64,000 bases of DNA from contig CBDBOV010000006.1 in the NCBI GenBank assembly GCA_965208575.1, positions 1,088,001-1,152,000 on the forward strand, written 5' to 3'. The notes under the pieces are model-generated. The model did not search any database, was not told where the DNA came from, and saw only the letters and a list, made by a program, of their open reading frames with translations. Source of the DNA: Spirochaetia bacterium (GTDB taxonomy: Bacteria; Spirochaetota; Spirochaetia; SZUA-6; Bin103). A program made the translations under genes and the position numbers. Numbering within the stretch: the first letter of the stretch is position 1; each line of letters starts with the position of its first letter. Shown piece after piece: positions 19,301-34,300 of this stretch.

Positions 19301-22300
19301 CGCAACCGCTACGCGGCGGCCGAGGGCGGGGCCAAGGCGGTCGTGAGCGTGCTGCTCTCCCCACGGGTCCAGAGTCGAGTCACGGTTCCGTTGGCGGCCA
19401 GAAACCAGGGCGACACGGCGAACGCCGACTACGCCGGCGTACCGGCGAGCGTCACGTTCGCGGCAGGCGCGACGCGCCGCAGCTTCACGGTGACCGCGAG
19501 CGTGGACACCGACAGCCCGGAACCCGGCGAGGCGGTGCGGCTGGTGTTCGACAACCTGCCGTCGGGGGTGAACGCGACCACGCCGGGGGCAGCCACCGTG
19601 CACCTGATCGACGCCGCAACCACCTTGGCCGCGGTGCGCTTCGAGCGCGACAGCTACACGGCGCAGGAGGGCGGCCCGCCGGCCGTGGTGGCGGTGCTGC
19701 TCGACCAGGCGCCGGGACGCACGGTGACCGTGCCGCTGACCGCCAGCCACCACGGCGCCTCCACCGCGGACTACGGCGGCGTGCCGGCGAGCGTCACGTT
19801 TGGGGCGGCCGAGACCCGCAAGACGTTCACGGTCAACGCGACCCGCGACCTGACGGCCGAAAGCGGGGAACGGGTGACCCTCGCCTTCGGCGAGCTGCCG
19901 GTCGGCGTGGTCAGCGAGCGCCCTCGCCAAACCGTGGTGCACCTGATCGACGCCGCGACGACCGCCGTACGGGCGCGCTTCGAGCGCGACAGCTATACGG
20001 CGCAGGAGGGCGAGCCCGCCACACCGGTGGCGGTCGTGCTCGACCGGGCGCCGGGCCGCGCGGTCCAGGTGCGGGTGACCGCCACGCCGGAGGGCGGCGC
20101 GGCCGGCGCGGACTACCATGTAACACCCTCGGGCGGAAGACTGAACTTCGGCGCGAACGACACGCGCGCTACCATCAGCGTGCGCGCCGCCACCGACGCC
20201 GAGATGGAGACCGGCGAGCGGGTGCGGCTGGGCTTCGTCAACCTGCCCGCCGGCGTGAGCCCGGGCACCCCGGAGCAGGCGACGGTGCACCTGACCGACG
20301 CCGGCCTGACGCCGGTGAAGGTGTCATTCGAGCACAACCGTTACAGCGCGCGCGAGGGGGAAACGGGGACGGTAGTCACGGCGCGGCTCGACCGGGCGGC
20401 GGGGCGCTCGGTCACGGTGAACCTGAGCCGCCAAAACCTGGGCACCACCTCCGACGCCGACTACCGCGGCGTACCGGCAAGCCTCACCTTCGCGGCGACC
20501 GGCACCCATGCCCGGCTCACCTTTCAGGCGGTTCGCGACACGATCCACGACCCGAACGAGTCGGTGCGGCTCGACTTGACGATGCTGCCGGCCGGGGTGT
20601 CGCCGGGCAGGTGGCCGGCTACCCTCCTGCAGCTCGTCGACGTGAATACCAGGCAGGTGTGGGTGTCGTTCGCGAGAGACCGGTACACCGCCACCGAGGG
20701 CGAACCGGGAGCGCAGGTCCAGGTGATGCTCAACGAGCCCGCCGCGCGCGAGGTAGTGGTGCCATTGCTGAGCACCAACCTCGGGGGCGCGACCGACGCC
20801 GACTACACCAAGACGCCGGTCACCGTACCCGACCGGGTGACGTTCGCGGCGACCGAGTCTCGGCAAACCTTCACGGTGAGTGCGCGCGACGACGCCGTCC
20901 TGGAGAGCGGCGAGGAGGTGCGCTACGACTTCGGCGCCCTGCCGGGCGGCGTCGGCTTCGGCTCCCGGACCCGGACCACGGTGCAGTTGGCCGAGCAGTC
21001 GACGGTGACGGTACGGTTTGCTCGCGACAGCGCCACCGCGCATGAGGGCGGCGCGGGGGCGGTGGTTACGGTGCAGCTCGACCGGCCGCCGGGACGCACG
21101 GTCAGCGTAGCCTTGACCAGAACCAACCAGGGCGGCGCGACCGACGCCGACTACAACCACGCGGCCCTGCCGAGTTCCGTGACCTTCGCGGCCGCGGACA
21201 CGGCCCGGAGCTTCACGGTCACCGCGACCGCCGACGACACCTCCGCCGAGAGCGGCGAGTCGGTGCGCTTTCGGATCGGCGCGGGCCTGCCGGAGGGCGT
21301 CGTCCTCGGCAGTCCGGCGGAGACCACCGTGCACCTGACCGACGCCGGCACGCAGTCGCTGAAGGTGTCGTTCGAGCGCGACCGCTACGCGGCCGCGGAA
21401 GGTGGCACGGCGGTGGTGGTGGCGCACCTCGACCAGACGCCGGACCGCACCGTGCAGGTGGCGTTGACGGTGACGCGGGGGGAAGGCGTGACCAGCGGCG
21501 ACTACTCGGGCATACCGGCGACCATCAGCTTCGCGGCGGCGGGCGCCACGCGGCGGAGCTTCACGGTGCGCGCGGTCGCCGACGAGCTGGACGAGGGCAT
21601 CGAGTCGTTGCGGCTCGGCCTCTCGATGCTGCCGGCGGGAGTGTCGCCGGGGTCCCATCCGGCGGCGACGGTGTACCTGACGGACACGGACACGCCCCCG
21701 GTGCGCGTGTCGTTCGAGCAGGACAGCTACACCGCGCGCTTCGGCGGGCCGAACGCCGTGGTGGCTGTCGTGCTCGATCGGGCGCCCGGCCGTACGGTAT
21801 CGGTGCCGCTGACCGAGACGGCGCAGGGCCCGACGAAGTGGGCCACCCCCAGGTACCGCGGCGTGCCGGACAGCGTGACGTTCGGACCGAGCGAGCGGCG
21901 CAAGACGTTCACGGTCGCGGCCACCGGCAGCCGGTTCGACCGCGGCGACGGCGTGCTGGTGGGGTTCGGGACCCTGCCGCCGGCGGTGGAATCGCAACGG
22001 CACGAACAGACCGTCGTGCACCTGGTTGGTCGCACCGCCCAGTTGAGGTCCGTGCGCTTCGAACGCGACAGCTATACGGCGCGTGAGGGCGGGCCGAACG
22101 CCGTGGTGGCGGTGCTGCTGAATCCGGCGTCGTCGCTGCCCGTGGACGTAAGGTTGACCCGGACCGAGCAGGGTGCGGCTCCGGCCGACTACAGCGGCAT
22201 TCCGGACACGGTCCGGTTCACCGGCGGCGCCGGCCGGGTGCAGTTCACGGTAACCGCAACACCGGACACCGTCGCCGAGGGCGACGAGGCGGTGCACCTG

Positions 22301-25300
22301 GAGTTCGTGTCGCCGCCGGCAGGGGTATCGCGCGGCTCCCCGCCGGACACCATCGTCCACTTCACCGACGCGGACACGACATTGGTCCAGGTGCGCTTCG
22401 CGCGCTACAGCTACACGGCGGTCGAGGGCGGCGACGGGGTCGAGGTGGCGGCATTGCTCGACCAGGCGCCGGGGCGGACGGTGACGGTGCCGCTGACCAC
22501 CGACCATCACGAACGCACCGGCGCCGACGACTACCGGGGGGTGCCGGACTCCGTTACCTTCGGCACCGGCGATACCCGTGCGACGTTCACGGTGACTGCC
22601 ATCGCGGACAGCAGTCACGAGACCGGCGAGTGGGTGCGCATCGGGTTCGGGAGAATGCCCGGCGGCGTGACCCGCGGAACCCCGCCGCGCACCCTCGTCC
22701 ACCTGACCGACACCACGCCGCCGGCCGTGCAGGTGTCGGTGGCGGACACCACCGTCGAGGAGGGCGACGCGGCGCCGTTCACGGTGAGCCTGTCGCAGGC
22801 GGTGCCGGCCGCCGGCGTTACCGTACGGCTGCGCACGGCGCCGGCGGCGGCAGACTCGGCCACCGCGGGGACCGACTACGAGGAGGCGACCACGGCGGCG
22901 ACCATCGCCCCCGGGGCGACTGCGTTGACGATTTCGGTCATGACGACCGAGGATTCGCTGCTGGAGCCGAGCGAGACCTTCTCCGTCGCCCTGCAGGACG
23001 GCGTCCTGCCGCCCGGCGTATCCCTGAGCACGACCGACGCCGAGGCCACCGCCACGATTACCGACGACGACGTGGCGGCGGCGACCGTCACCGGCCCCGA
23101 TCCGCCCACCGTGGCGGAGGGGGGCGCGGCCGTGTTCACGGTGACGCTGAGCGGAGGCACGGCCGCGGCCGACGTGGAGGTGACCTACGAGACCGGGGGC
23201 ACGGCCACCCGCGGCGATGACTACACCTCCCCGTACACCGGCGCGAACGGGACGCTGACGATCGCGATCGGAGCGACAACCGCGGCGCTGACCGTGACGA
23301 CGCAAACCGACACGATCCTCGATCCGGGCGAGACGCTGGCGGTGGCGCTCACCGGCGCGGAGACAGCGGTAGGCGCGGCGAGCGTGGGCGACCCCGGCCG
23401 GGCGGAGGTAAGGATCACCGATCCGAACGAGGTGACGGTGGGTGTGAGCGCGGCGGACGATGCGGCCACCGAGGGCGAGCCGGTGAAATTCGAGGTGAGC
23501 CTGTCGCACCAGGTGGCGGCCGAGGTGAGCCTGGTGTGGAAAACGGAAACGCGCGAGGGCGATACGGCGACGGTCGGGACCGACTACGCGGCGGTGAGCG
23601 AGACGGCGCTGACGTTCGCGGCGGGGACGACGGAATTGACGCAAACGGTGTCGGTGGCGACCACGGACGATGCGCTGCTGGAAGCGGACGAGACGTTCAC
23701 GGTGGTGCTCGGCGAGATGGCGAGCGGATTGCCGTCCGGGGTGGTGCTGGACACGGACGCTAGCGAGGCGCAGGGGACGGTCGCGGACAACGACACCGTC
23801 GCGGCGGCGATCGCCGCCGTTGCGACCGAGGTGGCGGAGGGCGCCGACGCCGCGTTCACGGTGAGCCTGACCGGCGCCACCACCACGGGCGCGGTGGCGG
23901 TGACCTACCAGACCGGCGGCACCGCGACTTCGGGGGACGACTACACGGCGCCCGGCGGGACGCTGACAGTCGCCGCGGCGGCGGCCTCCGCCTCGCTGAC
24001 CGTCACGACTCTTGCGGACACGATTTTCGATCCCGGCGAGACCCTGAAGGTCACGCTCACCGGGGCGGCGACGACCGGAACGGCGAACGTCGCCGATCCG
24101 CCCGGCGACAGCGCGCAGGTCACGATCACCGACGACGACGAGGTGACCGTGAGCGTCAGCGCTCCGGACGACGCGGTCACCGAGGGCACCGCGGCGGAGT
24201 TCGACGTGAGCCTGTCGCAGCAGGTGGCGGCCGCGGTGACCGTGAACTGGGCCACCACCACGGCGACCGGCGACACCGCCACCGCCGCCACCGACTACGC
24301 CACCCAGGCCGCCACCACGCTGACCTTTGCCGCGGGCACCGACGACCTGACGCAGGCCGTGTCCGTGGCGACCACCGACGACACGGCGCGCGAGGATGGC
24401 GAGACGTTCACCGTAGTGCTGACCGAGACCGCGGGCGGTCTGCCGGACGGCGTGGACTTGCACGAAGACGACTACCAGGCGCAGGCCACCATCGCGGACA
24501 ATGACCCGGTGACCGCGAGCATCGCCGCCGACGCGAAGACCGTCGCGGAGGGGAGCGCGGCCGCGTTCACGGTCACGCTGAGCGGCGACATGGCGCCGGC
24601 GGCGGTGACGGTGACCTACCAGACCGGCGGCACCGCGACCTCGGGCGCCGACTACACCGCGCCGTACGGCGGCGACAGCGGCACGCTGACCATCGCCGCC
24701 GGGGACACGACCGGCGCACTGACCGTGACGACGCTGACCGACACCATTCTCGATCGGAACGAGACGCTGACGCTGACGCTGACCGGGGCGAGCACCACGG
24801 TGGGCGCGGCGAACGTCGCCGCTGCGCCCGGCAACAGCGCGCAGGTCACGATCACCGACGACGACACGGCGACCGTGAGCGTCAGCGCGCCGGACGACGA
24901 AGTGGACGAGGGCGACGCGGCGGAGTTCGAGGTGAGCCTGTCGCAGCAGGTGGCGGCCGCGGTGACCGTGAACTGGGCCACCACCACCGCGACCGGCGAC
25001 ACCGCCACCGCCGGCACCGACTACGCCACCGCGGCGGCCACCACGCTGACCTTCGCCGCGGGCACCGACGACCTGACGCAGACCGTGTCCGTGGCAACCA
25101 CCGAGGACACCCTGCTCGAGGCCGCCGAGACCTTCACCGTGGTGCTCACCGCGACCGCCGGCGGCCTGCCGGACGGCGTGCAACTGCACGCCGTCAACGA
25201 CGAAGCGAAGGCCACCATCGCCGACGACGACACCGCGACCGCGAGCATCGCCGCCGCCGCGAAGACCGTCGCGGAGGGAGGCGCCGCCGCGTTCACGATC

Positions 25301-28300
25301 ACGCTGAGCGATGCGACGACCTCGGCCGCGGCGGTGATCACCTACGGCACCGGCGGCACCGCGACCGCCGGGACCGATTACACGGCGCCGAGCGGGTCGC
25401 TGACGCTTACCGCCGGGGCGAGCACCGCCCCGCTGAGCATCGCCACCGCCGACGACGCGATTCTCGATCCCGGCGAGACCCTGCAGGTCACGCTCACCGG
25501 GGCAAGCACCACGGTGGGCGCGGCGCGCGTGGCCGCTTCGCCCGGCGACCGCGCGCAGGTGACGATCACCGACGGCGACAAGGTGACCGTGAGGGTCAGC
25601 GCGCCCGACGACGAAGTGGACGAGGGCGACGCGGCGGAGTTCGAGGTGAGCCTGTCGCAGCAGGTGGCGGCCGCGGTGACCGTGAACTGGGCCACCACCA
25701 CGGCGACCGGCGACACCGCCACCGCCGGCACCGACTACGCCACCGCGGCGGCCACCACGCTGACCTTTGCCGCGGGCACCGACGACCTGACGCAGACCGT
25801 GTCCGTGGCGACCACCGAGGACACCCTGCTCGAGGCCGACGAGACCTTCACCGTGGTGCTCACCGCAACCGCCGGCGGCCTGCCGGACGGCGTGCAACTG
25901 CACGCCGACAACGACGAAGCGCAGGCCACCATCGCCGACGACGACACCGCGACCGCGAGCATCGCCGCCGTCGCGAAGACCGTCGCGGAGGGAGGCGCCG
26001 CCGCGTTCACGGTCACGCTGAGCGGCGCCACCACCACGGCCGCGGCGGTGATCACCTACGGCACCGGCGGCACCGCGACCTCGGGGGACGACTATACGGC
26101 GCCGAGCGGGTCGCTGACGCTCACCGCCGGGGCGAGCACCGCCACGCTGAGCATCGCCACCGCCGACGACGCGATTCTCGATCCCGGCGAGACCCTGAAG
26201 GTCACGCTCACCGGGGCGGCGACGACCGGAACGGCGAACGTCGCCGATCCGCCCGGCGACAGCGCGCAGGTCACGATCACCGACGACGACGAGGTGACCG
26301 TGAGCGTCAGCGCTCCGGACGACGCGGTCACCGAGGGCACGGCGGCGGAGTTCGAGGTGAGCCTGTCGCAGCAGGTGGCGGCCGCGGTGACCGTGAACTG
26401 GGCCACCACCACGGCGACCGGCGACACCGCCACCGCCGCCACCGACTACACCCCCCAGGCGGCCACCACGCTGACCTTTGCCGCGGGCACCGACGACCTG
26501 ACGCAGACCGTGTCCGTGGCGACCACCGACGACACGGCGCGCGAGGATGGCGAGACGTTCACGGTGGTGCTGACCGCGACCGCGGGCGGCCTGCCGGACG
26601 GCGTGCAACTGCACGCCGACAACGACGAAGCGCAGGCCACCATCGCGGACAATGACCCGGTGACCGCGAGCATCGCCGCCGACGCGAAGACCGTCGCGGA
26701 GGGGAGCGCGGCCGCGTTCACGGTCACGCTGAGCGGCGACATGGCGCCGGCGGCGGTGACGGTGACCTACCAGACCGGCGGCACCGCGACCTCGGGCGCC
26801 GACTACACCGCGCCGTACGGCGGCGACAGCGGCACGCTGACCATTGCCGCCGGGGACACGACCGGCGCACTGACCGTGACGACGCTGACCGACACCATTC
26901 TCGATCGGAACGAGACGCTGTCGCTGACGCTGACCGGGGCGAGCACCACGGTGGGCGCGGCGAACGTCGCCGCTGCGCCCGGCAACAGCGCGCAGGTCAC
27001 GATCACCGACGGCGCCGACGTGACCGTGAGCGTCAGCGCGCCGGACGACGAAGTGGACGAGGGCGACGCGGCGGAGTTCGAGGTGAGCCTGTCGCAGCAG
27101 GTGGCGGCCGCGGTGACCGTGAACTGGGCCACCACCACCGCGACCGGCGACACCGCCACCGCCGCCACCGACTACGCCACCCAGGCCGCCACCACGCTGA
27201 CCTTCGCCGCGGGCACCGACGACCTGACGCAGACCGTGTCCGTGGCGACCACCGAGGACACCCTGCTCGAGGCCGACGAGACCTTCACCGTGGTGCTCAC
27301 CGCGACCGCCGGCGGCCTGCCGGACGGCGTGCAACTGCACGCCGTCAACGACGAAGCGCAGGCCACCATCGCCGACGACGACACCGCGACCGCGAGCATC
27401 GCCGCCGCCGCGAAGACCGTCGCGGAGGGAGGCGCCGCCGCGTTCACGATCACGCTGAACGATGCGACGACCTCGGCCGCGGCGGTGATCACCTACGGCA
27501 CCGGCGGCACCGCGACCTCGGGGGACGACTACACCGCGCCGAGCGGGTCGCTGACGCTCACCGCCGGGGCGAGCACCGCCACGCTGAGCATCGCCACCGC
27601 CGACGACGCGATTCTCGATCCCGACGAGACCCTGCAGGTCACGCTCACCGGGGCGAGCACCACGGCGGGCGCGGCGCGCGTGGCCGCTGCGCCCGGCAAC
27701 CGCGCGCAGGTGACGATCACCGACGACGACACGGTGACCGTGAGGGTCAGCGCGCCCGACGACGAAGTGGACGAGGGCGACGCGGCGGAGTTCGAGGTGA
27801 GCCTGTCGCAGCAGGTGGCGGCCGCGGTGACCGTGAACTGGGCCACCACCACCGCGACCGGCGACACCGCCACCGCCGCCACCGACTACGCCACCCAGGC
27901 GGCCACCACGCTGACCTTCGCCGCGGGCACCGACGACCTGACGCAGACCGTGTCCGTGGCAACCACCGAGGACACCCTGCTCGAGGCCGCCGAGACCTTC
28001 ACCGTGGTGCTCACCGCGACCGCCGGCGGCCTGCCGGACGGCGTGCAACTGCACGCCGTCAACGACGAAGCGAAGGCCACCATCGCCGACGACGACACCG
28101 CGACCGCGAGCATCGCCGCCGCCGCGAAGACCGTCGCGGAGGGAGGCGCCGCCGCGTTCACGATCACGCTGAACGATGCGACGACCTCGGCCGCGGCGGT
28201 GATCACCTACGGCACCGGCGGCACCGCGACCTCGGGGACCGACTACACGGCGCCGAGCGGGTCGCTGACGCTCACCGCCGGGGCGAGCACCGCCCCGCTG

Positions 28301-31300
28301 AGCATCGCCACCGCCGACGACGCGATTCTCGATCCCGGCGAGACCCTGCAGGTCACGCTCACCGGGGCGAGCACCACGGTGGGCGCGGCGCGCGTGGCCG
28401 CTTCGCCCGGCGACCGCGCGCAGGTGACGATCACCGACGGCGACACGGTGACCGTGAGGGTCAGCGCGCCCGACGACGAAGTGGACGAGGGCGACGCGGC
28501 GGAGTTCGAGGTGAGCCTGTCGCAGCAGGTGGCGGCCGCGGTGACCGTGAACTGGGCCACCACCACGGCGACCGGCGACACCGCCACCGCCGGCACCGAC
28601 TACGCCACCGCGGCGGCCACCACGCTGACCTTTGCCGCGGGCACCGACGACCTGACGCAGACCGTGTCCGTGGCGACCACCGAGGACACCCTGCTCGAGG
28701 CCGACGAGACCTTCACCGTGGTGCTCACCGAGCCGGCGGGCGGGTTCCCCGACGGGGTGGAGCTGCACGCCGTCAACGACGAAGCGCAGGCCACCATCGC
28801 CGACGACGACACCGCGACCGCGAGCATCGCCGCCGACGACGCGAAGGTGGACGAGGGCGACGATGCGGTGTTCACGATTACCCTGAGCGGCGCTACCACC
28901 ACCGCGGCGGCGGCGGTGACCTACCAGACCGGCGGCACCGCGACCTCGGGGGACGACTATACGGCGCCGAGCGGGTCGCTGACGCTCACCGCCGGGGCGA
29001 GCACCGGTGCGCTGAGCATCGCCATCGCCGACGACGCGATTCTCGATCCCGGCGAGACCCTGCAGGTAACGCTCACCGGGGCGAGCACCACGGCGGGCGC
29101 GGCGAACGTCGCCGCTGCGCCCGGCGACAGCGCGCAGGTCACGATCACCGACGACGACACGGTGACCGTGAGCGTCAGCGCGCCCGACGACGAAGTGGAC
29201 GAGGGCGACGCGGCGGAGTTCGAGGTGAGCCTGTCGCAGCAGGTGGCGGCCGCGGTGACCGTGAACTGGGCCACCACCACCGCGACCGGCGACACCGCCA
29301 CCGCCGCCACCGACTACGCCACCGCGGCGGCCACCACGCTGACCTTTGCCGCGGGCACCGACGACCTGACGCAGACCGTGTCCGTGGCAACCACCGAGGA
29401 CACCCTGCTCGAGGCCGACGAGACCTTCACCGTGGTGCTCACCGCAACCGCCGGCGGCCTGCCGGACGGCGTGCAACTGCACGCCGTCAACGACGAAGCG
29501 AAGGCCACCATCGCCGACGACGACACCGCGACCGCGAGCATCGCCGCCGCCGCGAAGACCGTCGCGGAGGGAGGCGCCGCCGCGTTCACGGTCACGCTGA
29601 GCGGCGCCACCACCACGGCCGCGGCGGTGATCACCTACGGCACCGGCGGCACCGCGACCTCCGGGACCGACTACACGGCGCCGAGCGGGTCGCTGACGCT
29701 CACCGCCGGGGCGAGCACCGCCACGCTGAGCATCGCCACCGTGGACGATACGGTCGCCGACCCGGGCGAGACGCTTTCGGTGACCCTTGCCGCCGCGAAT
29801 ACGACGGCGGGCCGGGCCGCCGTGGCCGACCCGCCCGACAACCGCGCGCAGGTCACGATCACCGACGACGACACGGTGACGGTGAGCGTGAGCGCGCCGG
29901 ACGACGCGGTGAACGAGGGCGACGACGCGACGTTCAAGGTGAGCCTGGCGCAGACGTTCGCGGCGGCGGTGACCGTGAATTGGGCGACCACCACCGCGAC
30001 CGGCGACACCGCCACCGCCGGCACCGACTACACCGCCCACGCCGCGACCGCGCTGACCTTCGCGGCCGGCACCACCGACCTGACGCGGACGGTGACCGTG
30101 GCGACCACCGAGGACACGCTGCTGGAGGCCGACGAGACCTTCACCGTGGTGCTCACCGAGCCGGCGGGCGGGTTCCCCGACGGGGTGGAGCTGCACGCCG
30201 CCGCCGACGAAGCGCAGGCCACCATCGCCGACGACGACACCGCGACCGCGAGCATCGGCGCCGCCGCGGAGACGGTGGCCGAGGGGGACGACGCGGCGTT
30301 CACGATAACCCTGAGCGGCGCTACCACCACCGCGCCGGCGGTGGTGACCTACCAGACCGGCGGCACCGCGACCTCCGGGACCGACTACACCGCACCCTAC
30401 TCCGGGTCGAACGGCATGCTGACGATCGCCACCGGGGCGGCCACCGGCGCGCTCACCATCGCGACGCTGACCGACTCGATTCTCGATCCCGGCGAGACCC
30501 TGCAGGTAACGCTCACCGGGGCGAGCACCACGGCGGGCGCGGCAAGCGTCGCCAACCCGCCCGGCGACAGCGCGCAGGTCACGCTCGCCGACGACGACGC
30601 GGTGACGGTAAGCGTGACCGCGCCCGACGCGGCGGTGGACGAGGGCGACCCGGCGCAGTTCGCGGTACGTCTGTCGCAGCAGGTGGCGGCAGCCGTGGCG
30701 GTGAACTGGGCGACGAAGACGGCGGCCGGCGACACCGCCACCGCGAACACCGACTACACCGCGCAGGCGGCGACCGCGCTGACGTTCGCGGCCGGCACCA
30801 CCGACCTGACGCGGAACGTGACCGTGGCGACTACCGAGGACACGCTGCTGGAGGCCGCCGAGACCTTCACCGTGGTGCTCACCGCAACCGCAAGCGGCCT
30901 GCCGGACAGCGTGCAACTGCACGCCGACAACGACCAAGCGCAGGCCACCATCGCCGACGACGACACCGCGACCGCGAGCATCGCCGCCGCCGCGGCGACG
31001 GTGGCCGAGGGCGACGACGCGGTGTTCACGATAACCCTGAGCGGCGCTACCACCACCGCGGCGGCGGCGGTGACCTACCAGACCGGCGGCACCGCGACCG
31101 CCGGGACCGACTACACGGTGCCGACCGGGTCGCTGACGCTCACCGCCGGGGCGGCCACCGCTACCCTGAGCATCGCGACGCTGACCGATCCGATTCTCGA
31201 TCCCGGCGAGATGCTGTCGGTGACGCTCACCGGGGCGGCGACCGCGGGCACGGCCACCGTGGCCGATCCGCCCGGCAACAGCGCAGCAGTGACCATCACC

Positions 31301-34300
31301 GACAACGACCGCGTGATGGTGAGCGTGAGCGCGCCGGACGACGCGGTGACCGAGGGCGACCCGGCGGCGTTCGCGGTGCGCCTGTCGCGACCGGTGGCAG
31401 CGCCTGTGACCGTGAACTGGGCGACGGGAGCGGACCCGAGCGATTCGGCGACGCCCGGCGAAGACTACACGCAGCACGCGGCAACGGCGCTGACGTTCGC
31501 GGCCGGCACGGCCACGCTGACGCAGACGGTGACGGTGGCGACCGACGACGACGATCTGCTGGAGCCGGACGAGACGTTTTCCGTGTTGTTGACCGATCCG
31601 GCCGACGCCGGCGTGCAACCCGCGGCGGAGAGCGGCCTGCCGCCCGGAGTGGAACTGCACCCGGACCACAGCAAGGCGGTGGCGACCATCGCGGACAACG
31701 ACGCGGTAACCGCGACCGTGGCCGCCGCGGCGCCGACCGTGATGGAGGGCGGCGACGCCACGTTCACGGTCAGCCTCGGCGGCGCCGCGCCGCGGGCGCC
31801 GGTGACCGTCGAGTACCAGGCCGGCGGCACGGCCACGCCGGGGGAGGACTTCACCCCCCCGTACGCAGATACCGGCGGCACGCTGACCATCGCGCAGCCG
31901 GCCACCAGCGTCGACGTCGTCGTCACCACGCTCGCCGACGACGTGTTCGACGGTGGCGAGACGCTGGCGCTGACCCTGACCGGCGCGGCCACCGGCGTCG
32001 GCGTGGCGCGCGTGGCCGCGCCGGACAGCGCCACGGTCACCATCACCGACGACGAAACGGTTACGGCGACCATCACCGCCAACGCGGCCACGGTGGCGGA
32101 GGGCGGCGTCGCCGGCTTCACCGTACACCTGAGCGGCAGCGTTACCGGCGTACCGGTGACGCTCGGCTGGCACACCGCCGCCAGCTCGGCGACCGCGGGC
32201 ACCGACTACCGGCTCACGCCGCCCGCGGCGGGAACGCGCGGAACGGTGACCATCGCTGCCGGCGACACGACCGGTGCGATCGCCATCGCCACCCTGGAGG
32301 ACGGCATCCTCGATCCCGGCGAGACGCTGACGGTCACTCTGGACGCTGCCTCGACCACCCCCGGCGTGGCCATCGGCTCGCCCCGCGGCGCCTCGACCGT
32401 TATCGCCGACACCGGCAGCGCGACGGTGGACATCGCCGGTCCCGAACCGGTCACCGAGGGCGACCCGGCGGTGTTCACCGTGACCCTGTCGTTCCCGGTG
32501 GCGGCGCCGGTCACCGTGCTCTGCTCGACGCGCGACGGGACCGCGACCGCCGGCAGCGACTACCTGCCGCTGGCGGAGACGCTGACGTTCCCGCCCACGG
32601 AAACCAGCCTGACGGTCACCGTGACCACCCTCGGCGACTACCTGCTGGAGGGGGAGGAACACTTCGACGCGCTCCTCTCCGCCCCCGCCGGCCTGCCGGC
32701 CGGGGTATCGATCGGCACGCCGGCGGCGACGGTCGTGCTGCTGGACGTGATCGTGCCGGTGGAGGTGTCGTTCGAACGGGAACGCTACGCCGCGCACGAA
32801 GGCGGCGCGGACGCCGTCGTGGCCGTGCTGCTCGACCAGGCGCCGGGGCGGCCGGTGCGTGTGCCGCTGACCACCGCCGGGCGCGGCGGCGCGACCGGCG
32901 ACGACTACACCGGGGTGCCGGCGGCGGTGACCTTCGGCGAGCATGAGACGCTGCGCACCTTCACCGTGACGGCGGTCGACGACAGCGTGGTGGACCCGGG
33001 CGAGTCGGTACTGATCGGCTTCGGGGCGCTGCCGCCGGCGGTGAACGCCGGCACGCCTCGGGAAACCGTCGTCGACCTGGTCGACGACGACGAAGCACGC
33101 GAGGAAGTGCTGGAAGAGACCCTGGCGACGTTCGGCCGCGGCATCCTGGGGAGCACCGCCCGGCTCTGGACCCACAACCCGCCCTGCGCCCTGGCCGCAA
33201 CCGCCGCCATCGGCGGCCACGAGATCCGCCTCACCCCCGACGACCTCAACGCACCCGGCGAACTGCACGCTCCGATCGCCGCCGACGACGAACCTCGGGC
33301 CATGAGCGTCGACGACCTGCTGCGCGACAGCGCCTTCGCCACGTCGCCGCAGCGCGGCTCGCGCCCCGCCGACCCGTGCTGGACGCTGTGGGGCCGCGGC
33401 GACGTTCAGGCGTTCCGCTCCGGCGACCCCGGCGACGACACCTACCATGAAGGAACCCTCAAGGCGGCGTGGCTGGGCGCCGACGTGGCGCTGCACGACA
33501 CGCCCGTGCTGGTCGGTTTCGCCGTGTCGCGCAACGTCGGCAGCGCGCACTACGCCTACGCCTACGACGACGGCATCCGACAGCTCAGAGAAGGAACGCT
33601 GGACATCGGCACCACCGCCGTGCATGCCTATCTGCGCCGCCCGGTGACCGCCGACCACGCCGGCTACTGGGGCATCGCGGGCTTCGGCGGCGGCACGGCG
33701 GCCGACACGCCCGCCGGCCGGCGCGCGGAGGCCAGCGACCTCACCCTGCTCATGGGCGCGGTCGGGCTGCGCGGCGTGCTGGCGTCGACGACGGCACCGC
33801 TGCCGGCCGCGGCCGGCGCCGCGCCGGACACGGCGGGCGGGCTCCGGCGCGGCGAGCTGGCGCTGTACGCCGACCTGGGCGCCCTGGTCCTCACCACCGG
33901 TAGCGGCGAGCGGGCCATCGACGGCCTGCACGTCCCGGTGGCGCGGGTGCGCGCCGGCACCGAGATCTCGGAGACCAGGCCCGCCGGCAGCGCCGGCGCG
34001 CTGACCGCCTCGCTGGAGTTGTGGGGCGGGTGGGACGGCGGCGCCGGAGCTCGCGGCTCGGGGCTCGGATCGTCACTGGCGCTGCGCTACGCCGGGGCAC
34101 GCTTCTCGGCGGAAGCGCGCGGCCAGGTGCTGCTGGCCTCCCACTACCTGGAGTACGGCGCCGGTCTCACCGGCCGCTACGGTCCGCGGCAGGACGGCAG
34201 CGGCCTGTCGCTGTCGTTGTCGCCGAGCTGGGGCTCGTCCACCGGCGCTCCGTACGACGTTTGGCCGGATGACCTGCTCGCCTCCACCGCCGTCACCACC

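Noticed and set aside
20324-33931. 4535-aa ORF on the minus strand, plus many periodic 100-120 aa minus-strand ORFs
   Set aside because: Antisense shadow of the GC-rich repetitive adhesin 1; Arg/Gly/His-rich translation with no domain motifs.
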